Origin: Pristiophorus japonicus
Taxonomy: Eukaryota
DNA length: 64,000 bases
Assembly: GCF_044704955.1 (NCBI RefSeq)
Contig: NC_091989.1
Location: forward strand, 142,538,001-142,602,000
Direction: 5' to 3'
Part shown: one piece after another, positions 1 through 12,271 of the stretch
Position numbering within the stretch: the stretch's first letter is position 1
Layout of the letters: each line of letters starts with the position of its first letter
Made by a program: the position numbers and the translations under genes
The notes under the pieces: model-generated
What the model saw: the letters and a program-made list of their open reading frames with translations, nothing else
What the model was told of the DNA's origin: nothing
The model's database searches: none

Positions 1-580
1 TGACTTTCACTTCAGTTTGGTATCTGTCTCTCCCCATGAAGCTTCTTGGAGTATTTTCTATGTTTAAGGTGCTGTATAAGTTGTTTATAATTTGCAATGT
101 TGCATCATGCAACATTAAATAAGCAACAATATTTATTTTTACCAAGCACGTTTTTTAAAATTAAGAATACTCACTCACCCGTGGTGATTACACACATCTT
201 TAAAGTGTAGTATTCACGTAAAGTGGGGTTCAAAACTGAGGGCTGATTAGACCAGGATGTACAGACGTAATTCAGTCCCCACATTCTGTCCTTATATTTA
301 CATTTACATTATGCATCCCTATGTCTACATTTACAATGGAAACTATCTGTGTAAGCTTGTCACGTTGTTATTACATCCTCCTGCCAGTGATGGCATTACA
401 GCGCCTCCGCTGGGTGGAGGACGTAATGACAGCATGTCAAATTAACATAGACAGTTTTCATTATAATTGAGGTCATAGAAATTTATAATGGAAAAGGTTG
501 ATAGGAAGTGTACACAAGATTTTAAAATAATTTTCTAGTTGATCTCTCGTGGCATTGCACATGGGGAGTCGAGATCAAGT

Positions 581-905
581 GTATAGTATTAGGCAGTCCC
601 TCGTATCGATGATGACCCGCTTCCACACCAAAAAGGGATGAGTTCACAGGTATTTCATTGAGGGACCTGTTTTTCCAGGTCCCAAACTACATATTGAAGA
701 GTGCAAGATGCCTGTGGATTCTTCTAACATGGGGTGGCCGTTGCACACCAGCCACCACAGGGGCTTGACGGAGCTAGGTTTTGGTCGAGTGGCAACGGTT
801 GACCAAGACGATTGGAGACCAAGCACTGCTGCATAGACCTGGCACACACACATACTCCTACTGACCATAGATCGCAGTGTAGGCTGGTCCGTGCTGCACC
901 TGGGG
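581..905 (-). mobile_element. Probable SINE with an RTE-LINE-derived 3' tail
   Basis: 590-627 (taggcagtccctcgtatcgatgatgacccgcttccac) matches the 3' terminus of the RTE fragments at 26471 and 40046; the remainder is non-coding and unlike the RTE ORF. Confidence 0.5.
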
Positions 906-1959
906 ATACATTCACCCAATATTCTGGCTCTTTTCTTGTATATGTCTCCAAGTTGATATATATCCAACTCTATTTCATCTTGACTGTTCAGTGGCCTTTA
1001 ATGCACAATTAAAATTGTACAGGTACTATAAATATTTCCCTTGTTCGTTCTTAACACAGATCCATATGCGGTCTTGAGGTGAAGAAGGGTTGCAGGACAG
1101 GGGAATATTGAAGTAATCCAGTCCCCATTTTTACAAAGTCATGTATTCTGTCCTTACTTTGCTTACTACATTCAGTTAATATTTATTTATAGTCAAATAC
1201 CCTGCAGCAAAATATACAGCAATTTGGAAAGCAGAGAAGTAGGGCTAGCCGTAGCAGTTTCTCTGCAATGGAGGGTGAAGGACCAGGAGGTGCAAAACTG
1301 AGGTGTTAGTGACTTTTACTGGCAGGAGTGAGAGAAATTTACATAGAACATTTCCATTATTAATGTGGACATTAGAATTTAGAATGATCAAAGTTTACCG
1401 GATGTGCTTGCAAACCTAAGATTTTAAATATATTATCGATGATGCCCCTTAAATGAGATGGGAGTTTATATTGTGTTGCTACGAGTGAGTATTTAACATT
1501 TCACTACCTCATCTCTAATGTGCAAACATAATCTGGCAGATTTAGTCAAGCTTCATAATTGCTTTTACCTTATCAAACATTGGGTTTGTGTTCACTGAGA
1601 GGTTTTCCAAATGGATCCGTTTTAGTTTACAATAATGCCATAGAAGAATTCTCCAACTAGAAATATCTATTGAGTGCTTCAGGTTCAAGATTGCAGTGTA
1701 ATGGTCCATCAATGATAAAAATGTCTCGACAACATTTTATAAACCATTTCAAGACTAATTAGTATCCTCGAGACTTGGATCATGTTTTGAGGAAGTAGAT
1801 TTGTCAAATATAATGAGCGGCCTTTATTTCTAGTTTGTAGCTACGACACAAAATACAATTTACAAAACCTTAAGCAAATAGATTTATATAAGTCATTGTA
1901 TAAACTGATGCACAATTTTATGAACAGAAGACACTCAATTGACACACATTACTATATAT

Positions 1960-4392
1960 TGAGCAACAGCATTTATATAGCGCCTTCATAGGAGCGCAAT
2001 CAGCCAGAAATTGCCACCAAGTCAAAGAAGGAGATATTATGGAGGTTTTATGAAGGTTCTTAAAGAAGGAGCGAGAGGCGGAGAGGTTTAGGAAGGGAAT
2101 TCCACAGTTTAGGGAATTCCAATTGTAACCCCACTATTTAAAAAAGAAGGGAGAGAGAAAACTGGGAACGACAGACCGGTTAGCCTAACATCAGTAGTAG
2201 GGAAAGTGCTAGAGTCTATTATAAAGGATGTGATAATGGGACACTTGGATAATATCAACGGGATTCAACAAAGTCAACATGGATTTATGAAAGGAAAATC
2301 GTGCTTGACAAACCTACTGGAGTTTTTTTGAGGATGTAACTGATGGAATAGATAAGGGAGAACCAGTGGATGTAGTGTATTTGGATTTTCGGAAGGCATT
2401 TGACAAAGTCCCACATAAGAGGTTAGTGTGCAAAATTAAAGCCCGTAGGATAGATACTGGCATGGATTGAAAATTGGCTAACTGACAGGAAACAGGGAGT
2501 AGGAATAAACGGGTCTTTTTCGGGGTGGCGGGCAGTGACTAGTGGGGTACCACAGGGATCAGTGCTTGGGGCCCCAGCTATTCACAATATATATATAAAT
2601 GATTTGGATGACGTAACTAAATATAATATTTCCAAGTTTGCTGACGACACAAGACTAGGTGGGATTATGAGTTGTGAGGAGGATGCAAAGACACTGCAAG
2701 GCGATTTAGATAGGTTGAGTGAGTGGACAAACATATGGCAGATGCAGTATAACGTGGATAAATGTGAAGTTATCCACTTTTTGGTAGGAAAAACATAAAT
2801 ACAAAGTACTATTTAAATGGTGATGGCTTGGGAAGTGTCGATGTACAGAGAGACCTAGAGGTCCTTGTACACCAGTCATTGAAAGCAAACATGCAGGTGC
2901 AGCAAGCAGTTAGGAAGACAAATGGTATGTTGGCCTTCATTGCAAGAGGATTTGAGTACAGGAGCAAGGATGTCTTACTACAGTGATACTGGGCCTTGGT
3001 GAGACTACACCTGGAGTATTGTGTGCAGTTTTGGTCTCCTTAAGAAAGGATATACTTGCCATAGAGGGAGTACAGCGAAGGTTCACCAGACTGATTCCTG
3101 GGATGGCAGGACTGTCGTATGAGGAGAGATTGGGTCGACTAGGACTAGAGTTTAGAAGAATGAGAGGGGATCTCATTGAAACATATAAAACTCTGGGTTG
3201 GACAGACTAGATGCGGGGAGGATGTTTCCCCTGGCTGGGAAGTCTAGAACAAGGGGTCACAGCCTCAGGATACAGGGTAGGAAATTTAGAACTGAGATGA
3301 GAAATTTCTTTACTCAGAGGGTGGTAAACCTGTGGCATTCTCTACCACAGAAGGCTGTGGAGGCCAAGTCACTGAATATATTTAAGAAGGAGATAGATAG
3401 ATTTCTAGACACAAAAGGCATCAAGGGGTATGGGGAGAAAGTGGGAATATGGTGTTGAGATAGAGGATCAGCCATGATATTGAATGGTGGTGCAGGCTCG
3501 AAGGGCCGAATGGCCTATTCCTGCTCCTATTTTCTATGTTTAGGGCTTAGATAGCTGAAGGCACAGCTGCCAATGGTGGGGTTAAGATAGTGGGGATGAA
3601 TGAAAGTCCAGAACAGTGGTGGAACACAGTTCTCTGAGGCTTGTAGAGCTGGAACAGGTTACAGAGATAGAGAAGGGAGAGGCCAAGGAAGGATTTGAAC
3701 ACGAGGATGAGAATTTTAAATTTGAGGTACTGATGGACTGGAAGCTGATGTAGATCAGTAAGCACAGGCGTGATGGATTAGTGGGATTTGGTACAGGCAG
3801 TAGAGTTTTGGATGAGCTCATGTTAATGTACGGTGGAAGATGGGAGGCCAGCCAGGAGACAATTAGAATAGTCAAGTTTGGAGGTGATAAAAGCACAGAT
3901 GGGGGTTTCAACTGCAGGTGGGCTGAGGCAGATGAAGAGACGGATGATGTAACAAAGGTTGAAGTAGGCTATCTTTGTGACTGAAAGTATACAGGTTTGG
4001 AAGCTCAGCTCAGGGTCAAATAAGTTGCTGAGGTTGTGAACAGTCTGGTTCAGCTTGAGACGGCCGGAGAGGGTGATAGAATCAGTGGCGAAGGAACAGA
4101 GTTTGTGGTGGGGGCTGAAGATAATGGCTTTGGTCTTCCCAATGTTGGAGGAAATTGTGGCTTATCCTGGACTGGATGTCAGACAAGCAGGCTGACAACT
4201 TGGAGGCAGTGGAGGGGTCGAGAGAGGTGGAGGTGAGGTAGAACTGGTTGTCGTTAGCGTACACGTGGAACTTGACGTCATGTCTTCGGCTGATGTCGCC
4301 GAAGGACAGCGCGTAGATAAGAAATAGGAGCGGGCTGAGGATAGATTCTTTGGGAACTCCAGAGGCAGGGGTGCACGGTTGGGAAGAGAAGC
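1960..4392 (-). mobile_element. Degenerate L2-clade LINE, interrupted by a CR1 and a second LINE; resumes briefly at about 8332-8375
   Basis: Minus-strand ORF remnants LHQLPVHQYLKFKILILVFK (L2 C-terminal motif) and YANDNQFY (YADD region); 3' tail gcatttatatagcgcc near 1970. Confidence 0.75.
2115..3540 (+). mobile_element. 5'-truncated CR1 LINE (RT and 3' UTR)
   Basis: [15 protein letters not shown] and RRMRGDLIE motifs; tail cctgctcctattttctatgt; flanking direct repeat gtttaggg at 2107-2114 and 3538-3545. Confidence 0.9.
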
Positions 4393-7300
4393 GGGTACAG
4401 TAGCATAGTGGTTATGTTATTGCATATAATCCAGAGACGTGAGTTCAAATCCCACCATGCAACTTTGTGAATTTGAATGTAGTTAATTAATTAAATCTGG
4501 AATTAAAACCCTCGTATCAGTAATGGTGACCATGAAGCTATCGGATTATCGTCAAAACTCAATTGATTCACTGATGTTCTTTAGGGAAGCAAACCTGCCA
4601 TCTTTACCTGGTCTGGCCTTTATTTGACTCCAGACCCACAGTAATATGGTTGACTCTTCACTGCCATCTGAAATGGCCTAGCAAACCACTCAGTTGTACC
4701 AAACTGCTACAAAAAAGTCTAATAAGAATAAAACTAGACAAACCACCCAACATCGACCCTGCAAAGTCCTCCTCACTAACATCTGGGGACTTGTGCCAAA
4801 ATTGGGAGAGCTGTCCCACAGACTAGTTAAGCAACAGCCTGACATCGTCATACTCACAGAATCAAACCTTTAAGCCAACGTCCCAGACTCCTCCAACACG
4901 ACCCCTGGGTATGTCCTGTCCCACTGCCAGGACAGAAGCACCCGAGGTCGTGGCACAGTGTATACAGTCGGGAAGGAGAGGCCCTGGGAGTCCTCAACAT
5001 TGACTTTGGACCCCATGAAGTTTCATTGCAGCAGGTTAAACATGGGTACGGAAACCTCCTGCTGATTACCACCTACCGCCCTCCCTCTGCTGATGAATCA
5101 GCACTCCTCCATTTTGAACACCAATTGGAAGAAGTACTGAGGATAGCAATGGCACAGAATGTACTCTGGGTGGGGGACTTAAATGGCCATCACCAAGAAT
5201 GGCTTGGTAGTACCACCACTGACTGAGCTGGCCGAGTACTAAAGTCTGTAACATCATGACCTGGCATATCCCTCTCTCTACCATTACCATCAAGCCAGGA
5301 GACCAATCCTGGTTCAATGCGGAGTGTAGACAAGCATACCAGGAGCTGCATTAGGCGTACCTGAAAATGATATGCCAACCTGGTTAATCTAAAACACAGG
5401 ACTACATGATTGTTAAACAGTGGAAACAGCCTGCTATAGACAGAGATAAACAATCCCATAACCAATGGATCCGATCAAAGCTCTGCAGTCCTGCCACATC
5501 CAGTCGTGAATGGTGGTGGACAATTAAACAACGAATTGGAGGAGACGGCTCCATGAACATCCCTATCCTCAATGATGGTGAAGCCCAACACGCGAGTGGA
5601 AAAAGACCAAGGCTGCAGCATTCGCAACTATCTTCAGTCAAAAATGCCGAGTGGATGATCCATCTCAGCCTACTCCTGAGGTCCCCACCATCGCAGAAGC
5701 CAGTCTTCAGCCAATTTGATTCGCTCCATATGATATCAAAAAACGGCTGGGCGCACTGGATACAGCAAAGGCTATGGCCCCTGACAACATCCCAGCTATA
5801 CTGCTTGAAGATTTGTGTTCCAGAACTAGCTGTGCCTCTAGCCAGGCTGTTCAACTACAGCTACAACACTGGCATCTATCCAACAAAGTGCAAAATTGCC
5901 GAGGTATGTCTATGTCTTGTCCAGAAAAAGCAGGACAAATCCAATCCATCCAATTACGCCACCGCCCACCCCCCCCCCCGCCCCCGGCCATCAGTCTGCT
6001 CACAATCCTCAGCAAAGTGATGGAAGGGTCGTCAACAGTGCTATTAAGCGGCACTTGCTCACCAATAACCTGCTCACCGATGCTCAGTTTGGGTTCTGTT
6101 CGGACCATTCAGCTCCAGACCTCATTACATCCTTGGTCCAAACATGGACAAAAGAACTAATTTCCAGAGATGAGATGAGAGTGTCTGCCCTTGACAGCAA
6201 AGCAGCATTTGACCAAGTGTGATACCAAGGAGCCCTAGTAAAATTGAGGTCAATGGGGATCAGGGGGAAAACTGTCCACTGGCTGAAGTCATACCTAGCG
6301 CAAAGGAAGGTGATTGTAGTTTTTGGAGGCCAATCATCTCAGCCCCAGGACATCGCTGCAGGAGTTCCTCAGGGCAGTGTCCTAGACCCAACCATCTTCA
6401 GCTGCTCCATCAATGACCTTCCCTCCATCATAAGATCAGAAGTAGGGATGTGTTCAGTTCCATTTGCAATTCCTCTGATAACGAAATAGTCCGTCCCTGC
6501 TTGTAGCAAGACCTGGACAGCATTCAGACTCAGACTGATAAAAAGCAAGTAATATTCACACCAGACAAGTGCCAGGCAATGACCATCTCCGACAAGAGAG
6601 AGTCTACCACTTCCTCTTGACATTCAATGGCATTACCATCATCAAATCCCCCCCTTCATCAACATCTTGGGGATCACCATTGACCAGAAACTTAACTGGA
6701 CCAGCCAGTCCAGTATTCACTGTGGGAATACCGTGGCGACAAGGATAGATCAGAAGCTGGATATTCTGCGGCGATTGATTCCTGACTCCCCAAAGCCTTT
6801 CACCATCTACAAGGCACAAGTCAGGAATGTGATGGAATACTCTCCATTTGCCTGGATGCTTATAGCTCCAACAATACTCAAGAAGCTTGACACCATCCAG
6901 GAAAAAGCAGTCCGCTTGATTGGCACCCCATCCACCACCTTAAACATTCACTCCCTCCACCATCGGCTGCAATGTGGCTGCAGTGTGTACCACCTACAAA
7001 ATGCACTGCAGCAACTTGTCAATGCTTCAACAGCACCAACCCGACCTGGGACCTGTACCACCTAGAAGGACAAGAGCAGCAGGCATATGGGAACACAACC
7101 TCCAATTTCCCCTCCAAGTCACACATCATCCTGACTTGGAAACATATTGGGCCCAAGTTTCCACATGATTTGCACCTGATTTTTAGGAGCAACTGGTGGA
7201 GAACGGACTATCTTAGAAATCGCAATTCTCCACATTTTTTTTTCTGCAGTTCTAGTCAGGTAGAACAGTTCTACTTTGGAACAGAATTTTTTCTTCAAAA

Positions 7301-8324
7301 GGGGGCGTGTCCGGCCACTGGCGCCTGATTTGAAAGTTTCCACAGTGAAAACGTACTCCAAACTAAGTTAGAATGGAGCAAGTGAAGATTTTTGTAGAAC
7401 TGAAAAAACCTGTTCTACACATTAAAAAATCAGGCGCAGGTTACAAATCAGGCGTCCAGAACGAGGTTGGGGGGGGGGGGAAGGGAAGTCATTAAATTCT
7501 ACAATAAATCCTTATTTATACTTATACAAATATTATACAAATAAATCCAACCTGAATAAACATTTATAAGCAAAGAAAAGATTAAATAAACCATCTTCCT
7601 ACCTGTGTGAAGGCACGGAGAATGCTGCACTCAGCCTGAGGCGCCCGTTCTTCCCCCCCCTCCCCCCCCCCCCCCCGCCGCGGGAAGAGGAGGCGCCCGT
7701 TCTTCCCGCGGGGGGGTGGGAGGAGGCGCCCGTTCTTCCCGTGGGGACGGGGGGAAGGAGACAGTGAGAAGGCTGCAAGTGCTGATGTGCTGATGGCAAT
7801 GTGCTTTTATTAAAAAAAAATTTAAAAATTAAACAGCTACAAAGAACTACAAAAATGGCCGAGTGCCAATGTTTTTTTCACACTGAGCATACGCGAACGC
7901 TCCAACGCGCGCACGCAGCGTTGCCGGCAGGAAAAAAACTAATTTAAATAGTACCCGCCCCCTCCCACTTACAAAATCGGCGCGAGTGTAGGCTCCGCCC
8001 CCCTGGGCGCCGCGCCAGGCAGACGAGCTGCAGAACGCTCCAGAATCGCGAGGTTTTTTTTTAAGGCGCGAAAAACGGGCGCCCAGCTCGGAGGGGCACC
8101 CGTTTTTTATCGTGTGGAAACTTGGGCCCATTGTTTCTTCATTGTCACTGGGTCAAAATCCTGGACCTCCCTACCTAACCACAGCACTATGGGAATACCT
8201 TCACCACATGGTCTGCAGCAATTAAAGAAGGCGGCTCACCACCACCTTCTCTGGGACAATTAGGGATGGGCAATAAATGCTGGCCTTGACAGTGACGCCC
8301 ACATCTCATGAATGAAAAAAAAAA
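4393..8324 (+). mobile_element. CR1-group non-LTR retrotransposon (APE+RT, frameshifted) with a tRNA-like 5' head and poly(A) tail
   Basis: A box tagcatagtgg 4401-4411, B box gttcaaatc 4443-4451; APE motifs (QQPDIVILTES, YRPP, GDLN); RT motifs ([15 protein letters not shown]); AATAAA 8272-8277 and A-run 8315-8324; the L2 host resumes afterwards. Confidence 0.85.
7149..8129. mobile_element. Non-autonomous PIF/Harbinger-type DNA transposon (MITE)
   Basis: Perfect 16-bp TIR gggcccaagtttccac / gtggaaacttgggccc; 3-bp TSD att (7146-7148, 8130-8132); interrupts the LINE 3' region. Confidence 0.85.
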
Positions 8325-8574
8325 TGCTTTAAAAGCCATCTCGAGATTTTCTGGCTATGACTGGATAGGTAAGAGCATCTATCGCAAATTCTGTTCTTCA
8401 CGTTTTGTTACTGAGATGGTAACTCAATTCTGGTTTGTTTGTGACAAAGCCAGACACTAACCAGCATTTTCCAATTTGCAGTTATACTCTGATTAGAAGT
8501 TCTCATTACTTAACAATTAGACTTTGTAGCACTAAATGAGCAGAGCTCCACCTTGGCAGCAGAATAATATATTA

Positions 8575-8745
8575 TGGATTTCCTGGAGCATTGTGTGCTT
8601 TTCTGGAACCCTCATTAGAGGAAGGATCTAGCTAAGCTGGAAACGATACAGAGAAGAGCGACTGGAATGATTATGGAACTGGAATATAAAGTGTATGAAG
8701 AGAGACTTGCAGAACTGGGACGATTGGAGAGGAAAAGACCCAAGA
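8575..8745 (+). mobile_element. Old CR1 LINE fragment
   Basis: Translates to LEHCVLFW...RKDLAKLETIQRRATGMIMELEYKVYEERLAELG. Confidence 0.65.
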
Positions 8746-9181
8746 GGGCCAGAATTTGGCCAGCCGAACGCACGTTTTTTCGGCGATATTTTGCCTTTTT
8801 TGACATTAAAAGATACTTAACAAATTTGGCCAAAGGTTAAGAATGGCGGTTTTGAAATATCGCCGAAAAGCAGATCGCCAAGGTGCATGGCGAAAAAAAA
8901 TATGACCGCCTAAAATTGGCCGTTCGGCGAACCCGTATTTGGGTGAAAAAGCAACGGCTGAGGAATAGCCTGCGTTGCAGCCCCAGAAACAGCAGTAGGT
9001 CTTCGTAACTACAAACAAGGTAAGTGGAAGATTTTATTTTTTCATTCTTTTTCAGCGATTCATTTGTTAAGTGTATTGTGAATGTTGTCTGATTTTTTTT
9101 TTTTAAATGACAATTTTTATTATTTTTTTCCCAAAAATGACGTTAAAAACCAAATAACGACAAAAACTGAATTTCTAGCCC
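8746..9181. mobile_element. Harbinger-like MITE
   Basis: Imperfect TIR gggccagaattt / aatttctagccc; CpG-rich interior; TSD not resolved. Confidence 0.5.
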
Positions 9182-10712
9182 TCTGAGTTTTGATTGAACT
9201 TTTCACAATAAGGCTCAGAATATAGAAGATCAGTCAAGGATAATTGATTTGTTATGAGATAGCAGAACCAGAGTGTGCAAGTATGTGAAAAGAGGCAGAT
9301 TTAAAAAGGACGTAAAGTATGGTCATTGTTGGGACAACTTAGCAAGGGAAATAAATAGTAGGGGCAAGTAGCTTAGATTTCCTCAGGCTCAAATTGAACA
9401 AATATCTTCAAGAAACACAATCAGTTGCAATGGCTAGGACAGCAGGAAAGTGAGTTAAATGGACCTATAGAGCAGATTTTCTGACACCTCTCCCAGGAAA
9501 ATCCTCCGGCAAGGTAAAACAGAGACCTAGATACCTCTGTCTTGCTTCTTTTACCTGATCTTTGTGTCCGGTGATCTGAGCGTTCTCTGGAGGCAAGAGG
9601 CAGGAAAGATGTGCTCTTTGGTCTTTTCTGGCCTTGAGATGTTTTGAATCTTCCAACTTGCCACAAGCAACACCATGACATATCCACTACTTTTTTGCAT
9701 AGCAAACAAATCTCAATGGAGCTTTTCATCAATGCAATAAAAAAAATGATTTAGTAGCAGTAGCTTATATTTAGGAATTAGTGTTTCTACATTTGTGTAC
9801 ACTTGCTGTATGTGATTCCTTGTGTCTCATTTCTTCCTTACACATTTGTCTGCGCTTTCTTTGTTCTGGTCTTGAACCATTAGCAGTTGTAAACCAAAAT
9901 GCTAGCATTTAAAGTTAGAGGCAGGGCTGGCAAACTCAGAGTAAGCAGTAGTTTTCCCAGTGATTCAGTGAGTTCATGGACCGAGGACCCAGGAAGGTCC
10001 CAGGTCCAATATTTGTTCAAAAATTGCAGGAAAGGGTGAGCTGATGCTTTAGTTGTGAACCCTTCAGTGGAAATTACAACTGACAAGGGGTCTATAATCC
10101 TTTTTTTTTTATATTGTGTCATCACAATCGCTGAGCTAGCTGATCTCAGCTAGGGTGGTGTTTGGTTGGAGAGGAAAGTCCTGCTTCTGCTCATTATTCA
10201 GTGTGTCCTGCTGGAAGTGTGGGTGTGAACTTCACATTTTTAAACTTGGTTGCGACAGTTTTAAGACACGCACATTTAAATAATTCCAACTCATTTTGAT
10301 GCAGAGATTTTTGAAACTGAGATTTTTTCTTCTTAGTTTTTTTGAGTTGCATCAGTGAACCCTGGCATAGACTATGCCCCTCACTTTTGGAATAAAGTAT
10401 TAAATATGGAAGTGGCCAGAAAGGATGGACAGTTGTTTGAAGGAGGTTGGGTAGAACTTGATCACATCTTTGTAGTTCTGAAATCCTTCTTTTTAAAAAA
10501 AAATAATAATTGATGCATCAATTAATTTATTTCTATTTTTAAAGATTTGCTTCTTTTATAGATATATATATGTAGAAATAAAAAAATTATGATTTAAATT
10601 GCAGTTCAGGTTCCTGATAAGTCTCACTAAATGACAACTGATTTAGAAAAGATTTTTTCTAATTTATTGTCAACCTACCTGTTTGATTGCTGTGCTTTTT
10701 TTACATTTATAG

Positions 10713-10774
10713 GCAGACACAGATGATCCAGACCAAACTGCTGAAGGCAGACTTTCATGGAGCCATTGTGACAG
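10713..10774 (+). CDS. POP4: POP4 (RNase P/MRP subunit Rpp29), internal coding exon
   Basis: ag|gcagacacag...gtgacag|gt; QTQMIQTKLLKADFHGAIVT matches vertebrate Rpp29 (QPQMIQAKLLKADLHGAII); upstream exons not found in the window. Confidence 0.92.
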
Positions 10775-10784
10775 GTACACATCA

Positions 10785-11773
10785 GGTCCCTTATTTTCAC
10801 CACGATTATGCGCCGTTTTTTGGCATGAAATACTCACTTTCCAACTTTTGCAAACGTTTGGATACCGGCGCTGACCATGTGCGCCAGTTTAAAAAATTTT
10901 GCCGCAGACACGAGTCAAAACGGGACTGGGCGCCGTTCTTTTGGACTTAATAGATTTTGGCCGTCCACGATTTTTTTTCAGCCCCGCAGAAAAAAAACAT
11001 ACATTAACTTAAGGAATCAGCGCGAGGCACAAGAGGACAGGAGCGAGGCAGTAAGAATACACGATAAAATACCTTTTTTTTTTCCACAGGAAACTCTTTT
11101 TGGAGCAAGGGAAGATGATTTCTGTGCCAAAAGGACTGCTTCCCCCGCTGCATTCCCGGGCCGAAAGGGCTGCTCCCTAATGGCTGGAGCCGCTGCAATC
11201 CCGGGCCGAAAGGGCTGCTCCCTAATGGCTGGAGCCGCTGCAATCCCGGGCCGAATGGCCCCCCTCTCAGTCCCGCTCCCCCTGTGAGTTGAAGTTCGGT
11301 AGCGGGAGGGCCATTCGGCCAAGGATTGCAGCGAGTCCAGCCGGTGGGAAGCTGTCCTTTCGGCCCGGGAATGCAGTGGGTCCAGCTGGGGAATGTGCGG
11401 GGGGGGGAGCAGTGGCAGCAGATCCAGCTGGGGTGTGGGGGTGCAGTGTCCACCGATCCAGTGGGGTGGGGGGGGGGGGGGGAGGGAGGAGAGGGGAGAG
11501 ATCCTTTGTGGCCCTTTCGTCAGTGATGGGGTACCAACCTTTTGGGGGAGCGGGCTTCAGCTTGTTCAGCATCTCTGGTAACTTCAGCTTTTCACGCATG
11601 CCCAGAGAGTTTTTAGCACAGACTTGAAGCTCTGCCTCCCCAGACTAATTTCGGAGAGCGCAGCGCCAAAGCTTGAAGTCCTGATTTTTTTTTTCAGGCA
11701 CAAACATATACAAAAAAAATCGTACGTTAACATGAGCGGGTGCCAAAAATCCAGCAAGGGGAAAATAGGGACC
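10785..11773. mobile_element. Harbinger-like MITE with an internal 45-bp tandem repeat
   Basis: TIR ggtcccttattttc / gaaaatagggacc; flanks tca and taa (TWA-like); 45-bp unit (atcccgggccgaaagggctgctccctaatggctggagccgctgca), about 2.3 copies at about 11152-11258. Confidence 0.65.
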
Positions 11774-11884
11774 TAAAATAGATAGATTTGTTTACGAATA
11801 AAGTAAGAAACATTTGCAGAACCTCGAGCATGGAAGATGTAGAACATACATATACAAGAAGGTACGATCATCTAACTTGTACAA

Positions 11885-12271
11885 ATTAGACTGGAGAAGT
11901 TGGGATGGTTCTCCTTGGAGCACAGAAGGCTAAGAGGAGATTTGATAGTATTTAAAATCATGGGTTTAGATAGAGTAAATAAAGAAAAAAGGTTTCGAAT
12001 GGCTGAAGGGTCGATAACCAAAGCGCAAAGGTTTAAGGTGATTGGCAAAAGAACCAAAGGCGACATGAACAACTTTTTTACGGAACGAGTGGTGAGGATT
12101 TGGAATACCCTGCCTGATAGGGTGATGAATACAGATTCAATAATAGTCTTCAAAAGGGAATTGAAAGTGAAAAAATTGCAGGAATATGGGGAAAGAGACT
12201 GGAGTGGGACTAACTGGATTGTTCTTCGAAAGAGCCAGCGCAGACGCGATGGGCCAAATAACCTCCTCCTG
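11885..12271 (+). mobile_element. CR1 LINE 3' fragment
   Basis: ORF 11900-12274 FSLEHRRLRGDLI...FFTERVVRIWNTLP. Confidence 0.8.

Noticed and set aside
4393-4460. Functional tRNA gene
   Set aside because: Only A/B boxes; no complete cloverleaf; it is the head of a retroelement
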